Of a stretch of 64,000 nt of DNA, positions 12,400-26,769 are shown in pieces. The notes beneath the pieces are model-generated. The model worked only from the letters and a program-made list of their open reading frames with translations. It did no database searches and was not told the origin of the DNA. The DNA is from Octopus vulgaris. Taxonomy: Eukaryota. Location of the stretch: positions 42,470,001 to 42,534,000 of the forward strand of contig OX597815.1 in NCBI GenBank assembly GCA_951406725.2. Direction: 5' to 3'. Every line of letters starts with the position of its first letter. Within the stretch, counting starts at the first letter, position 1. The translations under genes and the position numbers were made by a program.

Positions 12400-14700
12400 G
12401 GGCTAATAGGGGATCATTTATAATATTTAAGATTTATGGTTGTTGATATTAGCGCAAACGTTTCTAGACCCATTTCATTTAAAAAATCATCTCTCGTTTG
12501 GTCTCTCCATTGTTGATGACGTCTCATATGGCTTTTAAGGCCTGCAAGGGACTTACAAGTCATTCCATCCTGGCCTCAAGTCAGCCTTCCAACAGCAGCC
12601 CGATTATCTGGATGTTGGGACTTACAGTGCAGAATGAGTCCACTGGCCGACCTACACACTCTGCTACATCAGGTGCACATGAGATCATGGAGGATATTAC
12701 ATTGGTAGACGAGGCACTTCTTTATCTTGGAACAAAATAGAATAATTGTAGATATGAACAGTGGTATAACTGAAGCGATATTTAAAAAGGAAGAACAGTC
12801 ACTGTATGAAACCTAACACGGTTTCAATATTCTCTCTGGAAAATTCTCGCAAAATTTCTTCTTGATAGAATGAATCCCATTGCAGATGGAACATTTCTGG
12901 AAAGGTTATTCAAAACTTGATCGTCGAACTCTTCATATAATGTACTAGTAGTTAAAATAGGTAAAGGAATCAAATTCAGAGCAATTTTCCATTATCTTTA
13001 ACCTTCACGTGACATTAAGTGGAAGGTTCTCAAACGCTTTGCAGAGTAGTCTCTCTCCTTAAGTTTTTGTTAAATCATTTCGTAGAGATTATCCAGGCAG
13101 ATATTTTACAGTGAAACATTCCTCAATTCTTTTCCATGAAAGGGTGATAAACAGGGTTTGTTTTTGATACCATCTTGTTTTATGTATACTTCTACACATC
13201 GTTATGATGCGAATATTTCCAAACTTCGCTGACCCAAAATAACTGGAAGTCTATACTACTTCCGAGTTTCAATATGTTGATTTTAGAGAGTACTTTACGT
13301 TTATTTTTTAATGTCGATGGGCGTTTTGGTCTAGAAGTTAATATCCAAGGTCTTGGCATAATCTACAACTGGAATAAAATCACCCTCCTGCTCAAACTCT
13401 AATTCACGACCATCCCATGAACAAGCTATTCATTTCTGATATTTATTTCAAGTTAGTCATTTCATCGGATATAGTAGTATTGACAAAAAGGATACTACTA
13501 TATACGATAAAATTTCAAATCATATTGGTCTTGCGCATACTACCCGTGACAGTGTATAAAGGTGTCATATCTCGCAACGCAATCAAGACATACACTAAGT
13601 AGACGCTTTACAAAGCAGTTGCTTTCTTTTGTGGGGATGTGAAACCTGACAAAGGTTGCAATGCTTCAATTAGAGAAAACTGTAAACCATTTTGAGTATA
13701 TCTCTGTAAGACCATGCTGCAAATAACGAAATTTTGATCGGACCAAACTCAACAATATTGAGTATGATGTGGTATATCATCTGTTGCGATGGTTTGGCCA
13801 GTTCACAGAATGTTGGATCATTGACTGCCAAATATGCTTATATATGAAAAATTGCAAAGAAGGGACATATCCAGGTTAAGCTCCGAAATGGCAATACAAG
13901 AATCAACTGTATTAACCATTAAAAATTTTGATGTAAACGCTTCCTCGTAAACGGTTGATGCACTTGATAATTCGATTTGTGAGAGAATGTAAGACGTTGG
14001 ACACGACTTAATTAAAATAATCACGAACAGGAAGTTGTCAGACGGTGACGGAGAGGAAGAGGCTAATAAGACGGAATCTTAGACCAATTTAGAATCAACT
14101 GTGTTCCAATTCCTATTTTATCGTCTCCAGGGTTCTATTTAATCAAAAATAGATTGATAAAGCCATCCCAAAATACATGGATAAATTGAATGGCATCAAA
14201 TCTTGACAATGAGAGATGTCAATAATGATGATGCTGATGATGCTGATGATGACACATTGATATAATAAACACAGCAAAGAGATGGATTGTTGCTAGAAGA
14301 ACAGAGGAAACGTGAAAATTCGGAGAAGCTAGTTGTTTCGACTAACAGTTGGATTTCATTAACTTTATGTACCCCCTTTTTTTACATAATCACGAAATAT
14401 ATTGCAACTGTGCAAATTGTGTTGCTGGAATACCTTAACAACTGGCTTGGTGAAAGAAGAAAGGACAAAAAACATGGCCCTTTTCAGAATTTTCGAAGCT
14501 AGTGGAACTAAGAGAGGAAATTATCCTCCGACAAATCTCTTTCCCAAGTGTTTATATCAGAGCTGACTTCGCTAAAGATACTCAAAGTCCAAGTAGCCAC
14601 GGATTAATCTACGACTCAAACCAGTAGAGAACCAGTAGAAAACAGATGCTGATGATAACATATGAGAACAGTTACTTCAGGGAGATTTATGTGTTCACTA
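12400..14700 (+). pseudogene. Unidentified decayed coding-like sequence
   Basis: Microsatellite- and SINE-free block with protein-like fragments broken by many stops and frameshifts. Confidence 0.3.
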
Positions 14701-15268
14701 AACATAATAACGTCGTACTATTTATTTCAATTTTAAGTTATTTATTTCAATTTTCGCCGACGTAGAATACGTGCGATATAAACTCGTGGTTATAAGAACG
14801 AGTGTGAATGACCTTTAGTGCACATATGTGGCGATGTTAAAGAGAGAGAACCCCATTTATCACGCGAAAAGGAATTCATTATAAAACAAGTTGTCATACA
14901 GGAAATACACATAAACCTTAGCTAGAACAGTTACAATATTTTGCTCTTTGACATTGGATAAGATCAAAGTCGCTGTTTAACATATTATATAGCATAACTG
15001 TTATTGATCTTATTAACCACATGTATGATTTACTGCATGCTTGACATACATAAATTACAGCTAAATCACCCATGAATCACATACTATTATCTTATGAAAA
15101 GACACGTTATCCTCTCCGTACGAAAAGGAGTGTAATATGAGGAATACTCAGCAGTTATCACAAGTAATATGTAGATTGTTAATTTTTTCATCTTTGTCTT
15201 TACGTATTAAACGGCCATCAATTTTTCGTGAACACTCTCTCTTCAAACCCCATTATTTTACACATATA

Positions 15269-15759
15269 CAATAATACCTAGTTATACGAATTAATTTGTT
15301 TTCGGAGACCGCTCGTAAAGCGAAAACTCGTAAAATAGAGAAATAATTTCCCATAGTAGCAATGTTATAAATTGTAATTCGTTCCCAGAAAAATATTTTA
15401 CCTATAGAATTTATAATATTCGTAAATCAATTGCAATAAAACAACAATAGAGTGTAAAGAATATTTTATAAAAGAATGTGAGGATCATTTATAGTAAAAA
15501 ATATTATTATTATTATTATTATCGTTTTCTGAATCACTTTCACTCGCACTAGACTCGCACACACCATCGTTTATAGACGCCTACGCCGATTCACAAGCAC
15601 TCGTAGATGGACTTGTACATTTCTTTTTAAAAAACAAGTCTAGAGTTGTCTGCATAGGAGAAGCTTTTTCTCACTCTCTATAAATTTCACGGTAGCACGC
15701 TGAAACATTTGCCATGGTAGTAGAAACTCGTAAAGCCGGGGTCTCGTAAAGTGAGGCAT

Positions 15760-15763
<4 letters not shown>
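15269..15763. mobile_element. Tigger/pogo-like MITE
   Basis: TA-CAATAATACCTAGTTATACG ... CGTAAAGTGAGGCATTATA ends; subterminal CTCGTAAA repeats. Confidence 0.55.
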
Positions 15764-15830
<67 letters not shown>

Positions 15831-15914
15831 TAGCCCCACTAACAAGAAGAGGTAAATTTTATGTTCATTTTCTTTTGAATACATGGGTATATTCACATTA
15901 AATGCAATTATCTA

Positions 15915-17131
15915 TTGGGTTGGCAGGAAAGCAATTTCGTTTTTCGTAAATAGATAGAGTTACGATTATTTTTAATGACTTTTGTCAGTGTTATGATTTT
16001 TTCATTCGACATTTGACAGCCATTACTTTTAGCTTATTTTAGAAGCAAATTGTGAGTAATTTTGTTCACAGCTGTTAATTCAGTGTCAATTTTAACAAGG
16101 AGTGCAAAAACAAACATTTCCGCCATATTTTGCTTTTTTTTTATTTCCGTAAAGGCAAGAAAGCCGCTGAGGCTCACAAAGAGATATGTGAAGTTTATGG
16201 TGTTGATTGCTTAACAGAACGCACATGCCAGAAATGGTTTTAAAAATTCCGTTCTGGAGATTTTTCACTCAAAGATGACCTACGTTCTTGTCGACCTACT
16301 GAAACTGATGATGACCGAATCAAAGCCATAAATGAATTTGATTGTCATATTACCGTGTGAGAGATTGCAGAGAGGTTAAATGTATCACAAGCAACAATTG
16401 AAAATCACTTAAAATGCCTTAGACTCGTTAAGAAGCTCGATATTTGAGTTCCGCATAATTTGAAAGAGATTAACTTAACACAACGAATCAATATTTGCGA
16501 TATACATCTCAAACGCAATGAAATCGACCTTTTTTTTAATGAATCGTCACTGGTAATGGAACATGGATTGTCTACAATAAGATCAATCGAAAATGATCAT
16601 GGTTCAAGTGTAATGAACCAGCGCAAAGCACATTGAAAGCTGAATTGCATCAAAAAAGGTCATGCTGTCAATTTGATGAGATTACAAAGGCGTAGTATAT
16701 TTTGAGCTGCTTTCAAGGAACCAAAAGATTAATTCAGATGTTTACTGGGGGAAGCAATCAAAGAAACACAGCCAGAATTGGCAAATCGTAAAGGAATCGT
16801 GTCCCACGATGACAACACTAGACCACACACGTCTTTGCTAACACGTGAAAAATTATTGGAGCTTGGTTCAACTTGCACCATCAGATTATTTATTTCGAAG
16901 TTTGCAAAATTCTTTGAATGGTAAAACCTTCAATAATGATGATGACCCGAAATCGCAATTGCTTCAGTTTTTCACTAATAAAGACCAGAAATTCTATGAA
17001 TGCAGAATCATGAAGTTGCCAGAAAGATGGAAATAGATCATCGAACAAAATGGAAAATATATAGTTGTATGAAAAAACATGATTTTTATTTCACATTAAA
17101 AAAACCGAAATTACTTTCTTGCCAACCCCAA
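15915..17131 (+). mobile_element. Full-length decayed mariner transposon
   Basis: TIRs TTGGGTTGGCAGGAAAG / CTTTCTTGCCAACCCCAA with TA TSD; transposase relic ECKNKHFRHILLF..., LAPSDYLFRSLQNSLNGK. Confidence 0.95.
16097..17068 (+). pseudogene. Mariner transposase pseudogene
   Basis: WVPH-like, VTG..TWIVY, HDDNTRPH and PSDY motifs with stops and frameshifts. Confidence 0.9.
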
Positions 17132-17992
17132 TATAAATATAAAGAAATGATTCACTCATTTATACACATCTTATAGATGTAGACATTTTTTTTGTGAGTG
17201 GGTGTTCTCACATTGTTAGATAGAAGCCCACACGAATTTTCATATACAAACTTATATTGCTTCATATTATCAGCTAAAACAAATTCACCCTTTATCAAAC
17301 ATCACGAGGAGAAATTTTATTGTTATCTTTTTATTAATCTTTTTTTTTACTCGAAGCTGTATTCTCTTTTGTTACATGCTGCCATTTGGCTTTCATTAAG
17401 TGCATCTTGAAGATAAGAAAACACTTTTGCATTGGTATTCAATAGAAGCGTGTCAGCTTAATATAACTATATTTTATTGCTGACATCTTCCTTCAAGCTT
17501 TTAACCCTTACTGTTTCTTTTGACATGTGAAATTGTAAGTCAGTAGGTAACTACATTTTATTCACATGTTTTCTTTTTCAACATATATATTGAAATTATG
17601 ATGCAGTATTAGTCATTTTCACACATGCAGTGATCATTTAGTTCATCATTGTTGTGCTTTTAAAATTACATTAGGACACCAGGATTTGAAAAGGGCGTCA
17701 AGAAGATGCGTGGGTTGGATATTTCAAATGCACTGAGATACATCGAACAATCATATGCTTTTTTTTGTTGCAACGACTTGATTAAAACTGGATATTGAAT
17801 AGAATCGACTTCCGTATAAAAAGAACCGACCTAATGCACTTTAATAACGACATAAGATTTTAGGCTATTAGATATTTTAAACATGTAAATATATAATATA
17901 CTGGGAATGCGCATAAAATAAATTCGTATATCTTTAAGCTCTTAAATTCTCATATATGCAACATACTCAGAGATATACGCATTTACACACAC

Positions 17993-18104
<112 letters not shown>

Positions 18105-18306
18105 TTATACTTGGGTGTGCTGAAAAGTTCCTGGCTTTGGGTTAAAGAAAATACTGGACGATCAGTTAATTATGGTTTTATTCAACATATTTCCCGCTTA
18201 GATTAAGTTTTTCTAAGCCCTGTAAAAGAACTCGGAAGGGTGGGCCTCCAACCAAGCTTTCGCGGAACCCTTAAAACCAGGAACTTTTCATCAGCCCCTC
18301 GCACAT

Positions 18307-18366
<60 letters not shown>

Positions 18367-18754
18367 GTACACTGAGGGAGGCGTTGACATAACTATCATC
18401 TAGCATGTTCATATAGCTGTAAAAATCTGTAAGATTCCAAGGGAGCACCATTATTGTGTAAGCCTCCATATAATGCACCACTCTGAGCAGTGAAGTCCTT
18501 TAACATGCTGTCCATCCTTTTTGAGCTCAATTTTATTAGCTGAAGCTGATTGGTGTTACGTTACGCGAATGTGCAGTGATGGGAATCCCTTATACATGAC
18601 GGAGGTGGCCATTGGTGGAGGCTTCACTTAATAAGCTTAAGCGTTTATCCTAAATTGCATATCACCTAGTTCTACATTCAATCTCATGCACTCCATAATC
18701 TCAACCAGAGTTGAAAATCAATGCCAAGTTTCGAGATGGAGAAAGAACTTATAT

Positions 18755-19146
18755 TCTTTTATTCTTTTTCTTGTTTTAGTCATTTGACTGCAGCCATGCT
18801 CGAGCGTCACCTTGAAGAATTTTAGTCGAACAAATCAAATAGACTCCAGGTCTTAATTTTTAAGCCTAGTACCTGTTCTATCGGACACTTCTGCCGAACC
18901 GCTAAGTTATGGGGACGTAAACACAAATACATCGATTGTCAAATCAGACACTAAGGAACACACACATAGGTATATACATTTATATACGACAATCGTTCAG
19001 TTTCTGTCTACCAAATCCACTCACAACGCTCTAATCGACCCGAGGCTATAGTAGAAGACACTTGCCCTAGGTGCCACGCAGTGAGACTGAACCCAGAACC
19101 ATGTGGTTGGGAAACAAGCTTCTTGTCATCCAGTGACGCCTACGCC
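18755..19146 (-). mobile_element. SINE family B
   Basis: Reverse complement of the copies at 49915 and 61280. Confidence 0.8.
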
Positions 19147-19186
<40 letters not shown>

Positions 19187-19548
19187 GCTCACACATCATC
19201 GTTTCCATCCCATTTCTGTCTGTCTGCCTCTTTATATATTTTATAGACCGCACATATTCAATGCATGTGCATTGTTTGTTCGCCGGCTTACCGGGGACAT
19301 ATAGAGCTTTAGGTACATCTTCTTCATAACACTGGCTGTTAAAACACCTGAATGTCTGCCTATGAGTTTCAGGAATTTCAAATGTTTTAAAACCCAATGC
19401 TATGAGAGAGTCATCTCCAAAGCGCTATGCGGCAGCGAACCGGCGAACAAAACTCATACATTGAATATGCATCATGGATAGCGTTTACAACACCAGCGCT
19501 GCTTTTCATTGGTTTATATATATATAATATATATGTATGTATGTATGT

Positions 19549-19601
<53 letters not shown>

Positions 19602-20469
19602 CACATGTTTGTATGTATGTATGTATATTCATCGAGGAACACTATTTTCTTTGATATGTACCTAATAGAACAATGAAATTATTACTATGGCGTATGAATA
19701 AAAACACAACAAAAAACATATTTTCTCCCTTTTCCCGTTCATCACGTGATATGACGTGTGATCTTACTATTTAGTTTTGTTATACAGTGGCCTCTTAATA
19801 CATCGGTGCTTTATCAGAAGCTTTCTTTCGAAAGTTTTTATCTTCTTTTCTCCAGCTGTTCCTCACACTCTCTTCATTTCTACTTATTCTGAACAACTCC
19901 CCTATGCTCACATATTCCTTTTATACATAGCAAATTTAATAATCGTTAATATAATGCAGGCCAAATTGTGACAACGATTATTATACGATTTAAACGCAGA
20001 ACAGGAAAAAATGAGGAAAAATACAAGCAAACATTAGCTTCTTTTTTTTTTTTAAACCTGTTAGTATTTTTGCACTAAGCACTTATACTAAATCACGTCC
20101 GCATGCAGAAATGCTCATCTACTTTTCAGAATGACTTTTGTAGAAGATAATAATTTTCCATTAAAAATATAGTATATACGATTATTACTTCCAAATGCAA
20201 TAAATAACATAATATCTGAGTTTGAAGTGGCATGTAGAATGTTAGATCTCCTTCAACAAATATTTAAAGTAATTGCTTTATGTAATAGAGTGGTTTTTAA
20301 CATCGCTTGATTTTAATATTTATAAACCGCTTTCATTGTGTTTCAAAAAGAACTTTGTATATTCTGTAAAATATTTTATCCAAGTAATTTATATACGAAA
20401 ACAAAAGCAAAGCTTATGTTTTAAAAATCCATCAACAATAAAGACTATCCAGCTACTATTATACGATTG

Positions 20470-20527
<58 letters not shown>

Positions 20528-20628
20528 CACGCACACTCAGACGGACTGATAGAATAAGTACAAGGCGGTGCTCTAGCATGGTCACAATCAAATGAATGAA
20601 ACAAATAAGACATAAAAGATATATGTAT

Positions 20629-20746
<118 letters not shown>

Positions 20747-20749
20747 GAA

Positions 20750-21360
20750 ACATGGGAGAGTTGGGTTATATTTTACATTTCAATATGATACAGACTCTCT
20801 GTGCAAAAGAAAGAATTCTTTACCAACTTGTAACATTCATAGACTTGTGACATATAAATGCCAGGGATATAGTTTCAAATGGGTGTAAATTGAAATAACG
20901 AGAGCACACTTTTTAAAGGGTTGTGATTTGACCCAACCCTCTCAGTGGGTGGTGAGAGTTGGGACATGCATGGGGGAGAGTTGGGACATAGGAAGCCTTG
21001 GTGTAAGTGGCATTTTAATTGATTGTACGCTAAAATGAAACACTTACACAACTATATATACAGATTTGTGCTTTTATTTTGAACAACATCACTTCAAGAA
21101 ACGCAAAGTAGGAGGACTTTGGTATTCAAACTTGTGCAGATCCATAACACTCTTTAAGTTGTCGTAAAGCTTGCCAACATTATAGCGATTGAACGCACTT
21201 GCTCTAGAAAGAGATGTAGCCTCTGGTGTTTGAATTGCTATACAGTTTCTTTCTTTAAAGGATATCCAAAAATGCTCGCCAGTCAATCCGTTTTGTTGCC
21301 AAGAATCAGGGACCATAACGTTATTTCTTAATGTATATTTCACTATCAACACACGGCATT
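20750..21360 (-). mobile_element. pogo/Fot1-like DNA transposon relic
   Basis: ORF 21089-21352 TPEATSLSRASAFNRYNVGKLYDNL is typical of CENP-B HTH/DDE_1 transposases; GGGAGAGTTGGGACA terminal-type repeats. Confidence 0.75.
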
Positions 21361-21549
21361 TATTTCACGCGAGTCCCTGCAACTGCTCGGCTAATGTCTT
21401 TACGTGAGTTGATAACTCAGCTTTCACCTCTGATGAGAATGTCATATTTTTTATCCTGCAATTTTTGTACCCAAACACGTCGTTTTGCTCGTCGTTGTGT
21501 TGATTGCATTCGTCTATATAGCTTTTTAGTGTCATTTTTGCTATATTGT

Positions 21550-22157
21550 TTGACATACTTTAACTTCTAAAGGCAAATTCACTGGATTTACCGTTGCGAA
21601 AGGTTCCCTCTTATAGCAAAAGGTATAAAAAGACCATATCTGCCCAATGATTTCTCCTATCGGATTCCCAGACAGCTGTTTCTGGCTGTTAAGCCTTCTT
21701 CAGTGAGAAAAACCGAAGAGAGATAACCCTGGGCAGATTCAAAGCTGTAGCTTTCACTAAAAAAAAAAAACAACAGTCAGCATCAGTGACTGATTTGAAG
21801 TATTCGATCGCCTGGTCAGGATAAGTTTAATAGCATCAGCGCCAGGCAGTGATTAGGGATGAATGAATATTAGGTTAGTTAAAATACGTTTGTGATATTT
21901 TAACTTTTAAAGGCAAATTCACTACAGTCAATGTTTTTTTTAGTAAAAGCTATTGCTTTGAATCTTCCTAGGATTATGATTGTCTTTCATGAGTATTTAC
22001 CATTGAGGAATGCTAAAGAGCCAGAATCGCCTCTGGGAATCCGATAGTAGGAAGCACTGTGAAAATATGGTATTTTGCACCTTTTACTATGAGAGAATTA
22101 TTTCTCCACGGTAACTGCAGTGAATTTGCCTTTAGAAGTTAAAATATGTCACAAACA
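21550..22157. mobile_element. Two opposed copies of a hammerhead-bearing Penelope-type short element
   Basis: 21550-21770 (-) and diverged 21930-22157 (+); 21888-21928 is an inverted duplicate of 22114-22157. Confidence 0.7.
21665..21709 (-). ncRNA. Type I hammerhead ribozyme, intact
   Basis: TTCTCA CTGAAGA A GGCT TAAC AGCC A GAAAC AGCT GTC|TGGGAA: core, stems I-III and GUC cleavage triplet. Confidence 0.85.
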
Positions 22158-22409
22158 ATTCAAAACAATGTGAACAAATATGTATTGCATTTGACAGAGT
22201 AATATGAATACTAAAGAGTTAATCATAGGTCTGCTCTGGGTTGATTTTGAGCAAAACAACTCATTAAAAATTTTAGTCATTCGTGGGGAAGGCTTCATTT
22301 CAAATAAAATTTGCGAAGCTCTTTTGTAAACATTAGTTTACGTAGACATCAAAAACAATCAGTAAAAAGTGTATGCTTTTCGTGGTCATTTTGAATATGT
22401 AACGTTTGA

Positions 22410-22855
22410 CAGGGGTTCTAAACCACCGGGCCGCGGATCAGTACAGATCCGTGGATCATTGGATATCGAGCCGCACAGAAAGAATAAATTTTAAAAATTA
22501 GTTCTATTATATTGACTATCAGAGTCTGCAGGGTGTGTTGCTTTATATAAGTATATGTAATATATATGCATTGTATATTGGAGGAACGTAGCATAATGGT
22601 TAGGGTGTTGGATTTATGGATTGGGTGATGTGTTGTCCTCTTCAGCAAAATACTTCATTTGACGGTGCTGGCAAAAATGTGTGATCCTGCGACAGACTGG
22701 CATACCGTCCAGGTGGGGAATATATACGCTACGGAAACCAGGAAACTGGCCTTATGAGTCTATATAACTCGGGAAGGATCTTTATAACCGTATGTTATGC
22801 ACTTTTTGTATTTTATTACGGGAGTTAGTTCCCGGTCTGTGGGGCCAAAAGTGTT
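22410..22855. mobile_element. hAT/Charlie-like non-autonomous element with nested SINE
   Basis: CAGGGGTTCTAAACC end; homologous to 42111-42945. Confidence 0.6.
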
Positions 22856-23673
22856 CCGGACCGTTGACATTTGGTTTTTTTAAAACCACAAATTATATGC
22901 CAGTGCCACAAATGCAATATTACACGTAAGTCCTCTTCAAAGGCTCTTTTGTTACTGCCTCAGTAAAATTACAATCTGAAGTCTTGAGGTACACACAAAA
23001 AAAAACCCAGATGGTCTATATTTTCCGGGTTTTTTTTGCATTTGAATCACCAAGACTAGTGCGCTACTATGGCAACTCAAGTGAGGTAATATATGTAATC
23101 AAAAGAAAAATGTAAAATTTTTTGAGAAATGTTTTCTTATTTCAACACATTTATCATATATTGCTTATAGCAGCAATGTGAATTTTGCTGTCGTTTAGAA
23201 ATTTGCAATTCTGTGATTTATTAATTCCTATCCACTCTTTCTTTACATCTACATATACTCATCATTATGCACATCTTGTAATTAATCTTATTCTAATTGT
23301 GGGAGGAGCCCCAGGACTTCATCCCACACATATTTACCTTCTCAATGGTAATGCCATCTTGTAAGAATACTTAAATGTATCTGATTTCCCAAATAAGTTG
23401 CGCTTCATGTATGAAGTTTTGGTTTAACTGTAAGATGTTACTCGGGTACTCAACTATGAGTCCACCGCGTCTTGTTGTATAAACAGCCGTAAGCTAATGA
23501 AGTTCATAAGATATCGGTTATTCCTTTGTCATCTCTCTTCTCTTATTACTGTTCTGTACCGCACTAACGCTTCATTTGGAAGAATATGTATATTGAGTTC
23601 TACGCCAGGTTAATAGTGTCGCAATGACTAAGCAATATATATATATATATATATATGTATATATCATGTATAT

Positions 23674-23727
<54 letters not shown>

Positions 23728-23974
23728 GAAGAAATTGGAAATTTTGAAGTTAATAACAGTTTATTATTTGCACGAAATCGATCATTATCCCTTACAGCTG
23801 TTTCAGTTACACGCAGTGAAATTAATTAAATATTAAATTCATATTTCTGAGCATAATCTCTATAGAGGGGCAAAATATATACCCTTAGATGTTTTGAATG
23901 TTTGCTTGTTTATCACAGCAGACACATATACAAACCTATCAATTCCCTGAAAATATTAGATATTGAAACTACAA

Positions 23975-24365
23975 ATTTGAAAATCTGTGGGTGTCTTTCT
24001 TTGTGGCGTTGTTATCAAACTCCTCCACATCGTTTTATCGATTTGGATGAAACTTGACACGTGAGTAGAACTCATGTCTGGAAAGCTAGTGACATACATA
24101 GATTGTTGAAAAAAAATCGATCATAGGGCCCCTGGAAGGTATTCTTATATCTACTATATATAACTAATATATTCTCTTTAAACATCCAAGGGAAATAATC
24201 CATTCGCTCCTGAAAGGGCTCCTTATATATAACCAAGGGAAATAACCCATTCATGTTCGTAAATTATTTAGTATAAATCAAATTGAGTATGTTTATTTCT
24301 TAGTATTTGAATTATTTGAGTTATTTTCGCAATTTATCCTGTACAACGCTTAAACAAGTAAATAG
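23975..24365 (+). mobile_element. Decayed Helitron-like non-autonomous element; a separate Helitron-type 3' end at ~24830-24858
   Basis: GATTTGGATGAAACTTGACAC subterminal motif; CGGGAATTACCGGGTACGTCAGCTAG end. Confidence 0.4.
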
Positions 24366-25022
24366 TATTTTCCTAAACAATAGATCCACTTATTTCGGTT
24401 AGTGACTTATTTACGAATATATCAACACTAGCGCCGCTGAAGGTAATATTCTCTGCGAACGCACAAAAGCTTTTTTCAGAGTTATTGACTTTGAATTGTC
24501 TCATATCTGATTAGCCTGTTATTACGTAACAAGCTTCACGATTTTAGTATACATACCTTATTAGTATTTCCTCCTAAGTTCTACATACTCTGCGCTACAT
24601 TATTTGGATTCTTACAATCGGGTAATTAATTTCATGTTATTACATAACTGACTTCACAATTTGGGTATTCATAACTTATTGGCAATTCCTAAAAACAAGA
24701 TCCTGTGTAAGACATTTCGGTATGCTCAATAAATGTAGAAAAATCGTTTTAAGGGCTACATACTTTGTATTGTTGTTACTGGATTAGCGAAACAATTATG
24801 AGAATGGAACCAAGAGATAAGCACCGCTTTTTCGGGAATTACCGGGTACGTCAGCTAGTATATATATATATGTCCCGGATGCTGTAAGGAGCTTGCTTCC
24901 TTTGTCAGTCATAAGATAAGTGCTTTCCGTGGCTAAAAGTTGTTTTGACGCTTATTTCTAGCAATGTTGGATCGAATTCATACATGCATATATAAGTATG
25001 TATTTCTCTGTGTGTGTGAGTG

Positions 25023-25055
<33 letters not shown>

Positions 25056-25188
25056 ATTTTAGCAACAGCTTGATTCAACTCCCCATAAGTTAAAGTTTCG
25101 TGGACACGTAGAATATGTAATCAGATGCTAGGGATATCTCATCAAATACTCCTCTGTGTAACTCCTATCAAATGTGTTTGTTCACTCG

Positions 25189-25189
<1 letters not shown>

Positions 25190-25267
<78 letters not shown>

Positions 25268-25627
25268 TTATCTAGAGAGAGAAAACTGGTCATCAGAATT
25301 TTGGAAAAGATCTTTATTTCTTCATTATTATTGGCGTTTTGGTTCGTTTCTTGAACTTGTCAAATAAAATTTTGTGAGTGTACAAACAGCTTGTTCATTT
25401 ATATGAGACATATGTTTTTATTGGGGGAGGGGGAGCCCTACTACACACATACATGCACTTATATATATACGTATATATACATGTATTCATATACATATAC
25501 ACATACAAACATATACACACACCCATATATCAATATACATACATGCCTCTTAACACTTATACTTTTGAATGTACACACAAATATATATGCATACAAACAT
25601 ACATACATACATACATACATGCATACA

Positions 25628-25687
<60 letters not shown>

Positions 25688-25982
25688 CACAAACTCACAC
25701 ACACATATGAAAATATACAAATATATACATACACATACATATGTGCATCTTCATCTCCCACACACATACCTATGCACACACATACATATACACATATACA
25801 TAAATATATACATACATAGATACACACATATACACATGCATATATATACACACATAAGAGGGTGTACTCTCACACAAACATATATTCCTATGTATATTTT
25901 TTGCATACACACGTACATAAATGCATGCACACACAGGTACATACACACACCTATACATACATACACACACACACACACACAT

Positions 25983-26040
<58 letters not shown>
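25190..26040. repeat. Compound TA/TACA/CA microsatellite tract
   Basis: Direct reading. Confidence 0.9.
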
Positions 26041-26043
<3 letters not shown>

Positions 26044-26102
26044 CTTAACAGAATGAGAGAAAAATCCGAGGCTGTGAAAAATTGCAGAACATTTATAAAT
26101 AG

Positions 26103-26150
26103 GTCTTACAGTTATTTCCGGGATATTTTATATATCCCTTCATCAGAGAC
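26103..26150 (-). ncRNA. Type I hammerhead ribozyme, near-intact
   Basis: GTCT CTGATGA A GGGATAT ATAAA ATATCCC G GAAA TAACT GTA|AGAC; stems I and II perfect, stem III mutated. Confidence 0.75.
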
Positions 26151-26489
26151 GGTGCGCGAAAAAGGTTAAGCAATAGTTATTCTAGAGAAGATATGAAATA
26201 GAGAGTGAAGTGGAGGAATGAAAACAGACTTGAGATATGCAGGGATATTGTATCTGCAGTTCCATTATTTAATAGAATGGCATACATATATACACAGATA
26301 TATATAGTACATAAAAGAGTGTACATTCATATGTAGTTCTCATTATTCAGCCGGTGTTTGGTTGGTGTATTTATGTGAATTGTTGCGTTGGTAGTTCCGG
26401 TGGTTTTGGTATTATTTTTTGTTCAGTTTGGGTTGGCATTTTCGAATGAAGTATTCTTCCCTGTCTTCACGAAAATGTTCCTTTTCTGT

Positions 26490-26769
26490 CCATAGTATAA
26501 AGAAAATCATTAAACAGCACGCAACATCACGGGCCGATTTCGTCTGGCGACTCAAGGGAGAGAACGCAAAACACGACCAGACCTGCTCAATAATTAGACA
26601 CGCGTGTCCCTACAACACACTATCACGGAAATGCCAACTATGTTCCGAGGAGTCACTATCAATATTATTAACAAAGGAGCGGGTTATAAACAGGTTTACA
26701 GAACGACTACCCAGATGCATGCATACAGCTAAATACACGTCCACACATTACAACGTAAACTACACTTAA
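26490..26769 (+). pseudogene. Penelope-like element GIY-YIG endonuclease C-terminal fragment
   Basis: VWRLK...CSIIRHACPYNTLSRKCQLCSEESLSIL...INRFTERLPRCMH matches the recalled PLE C-terminal CxLC..CxH pattern. Confidence 0.75.
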
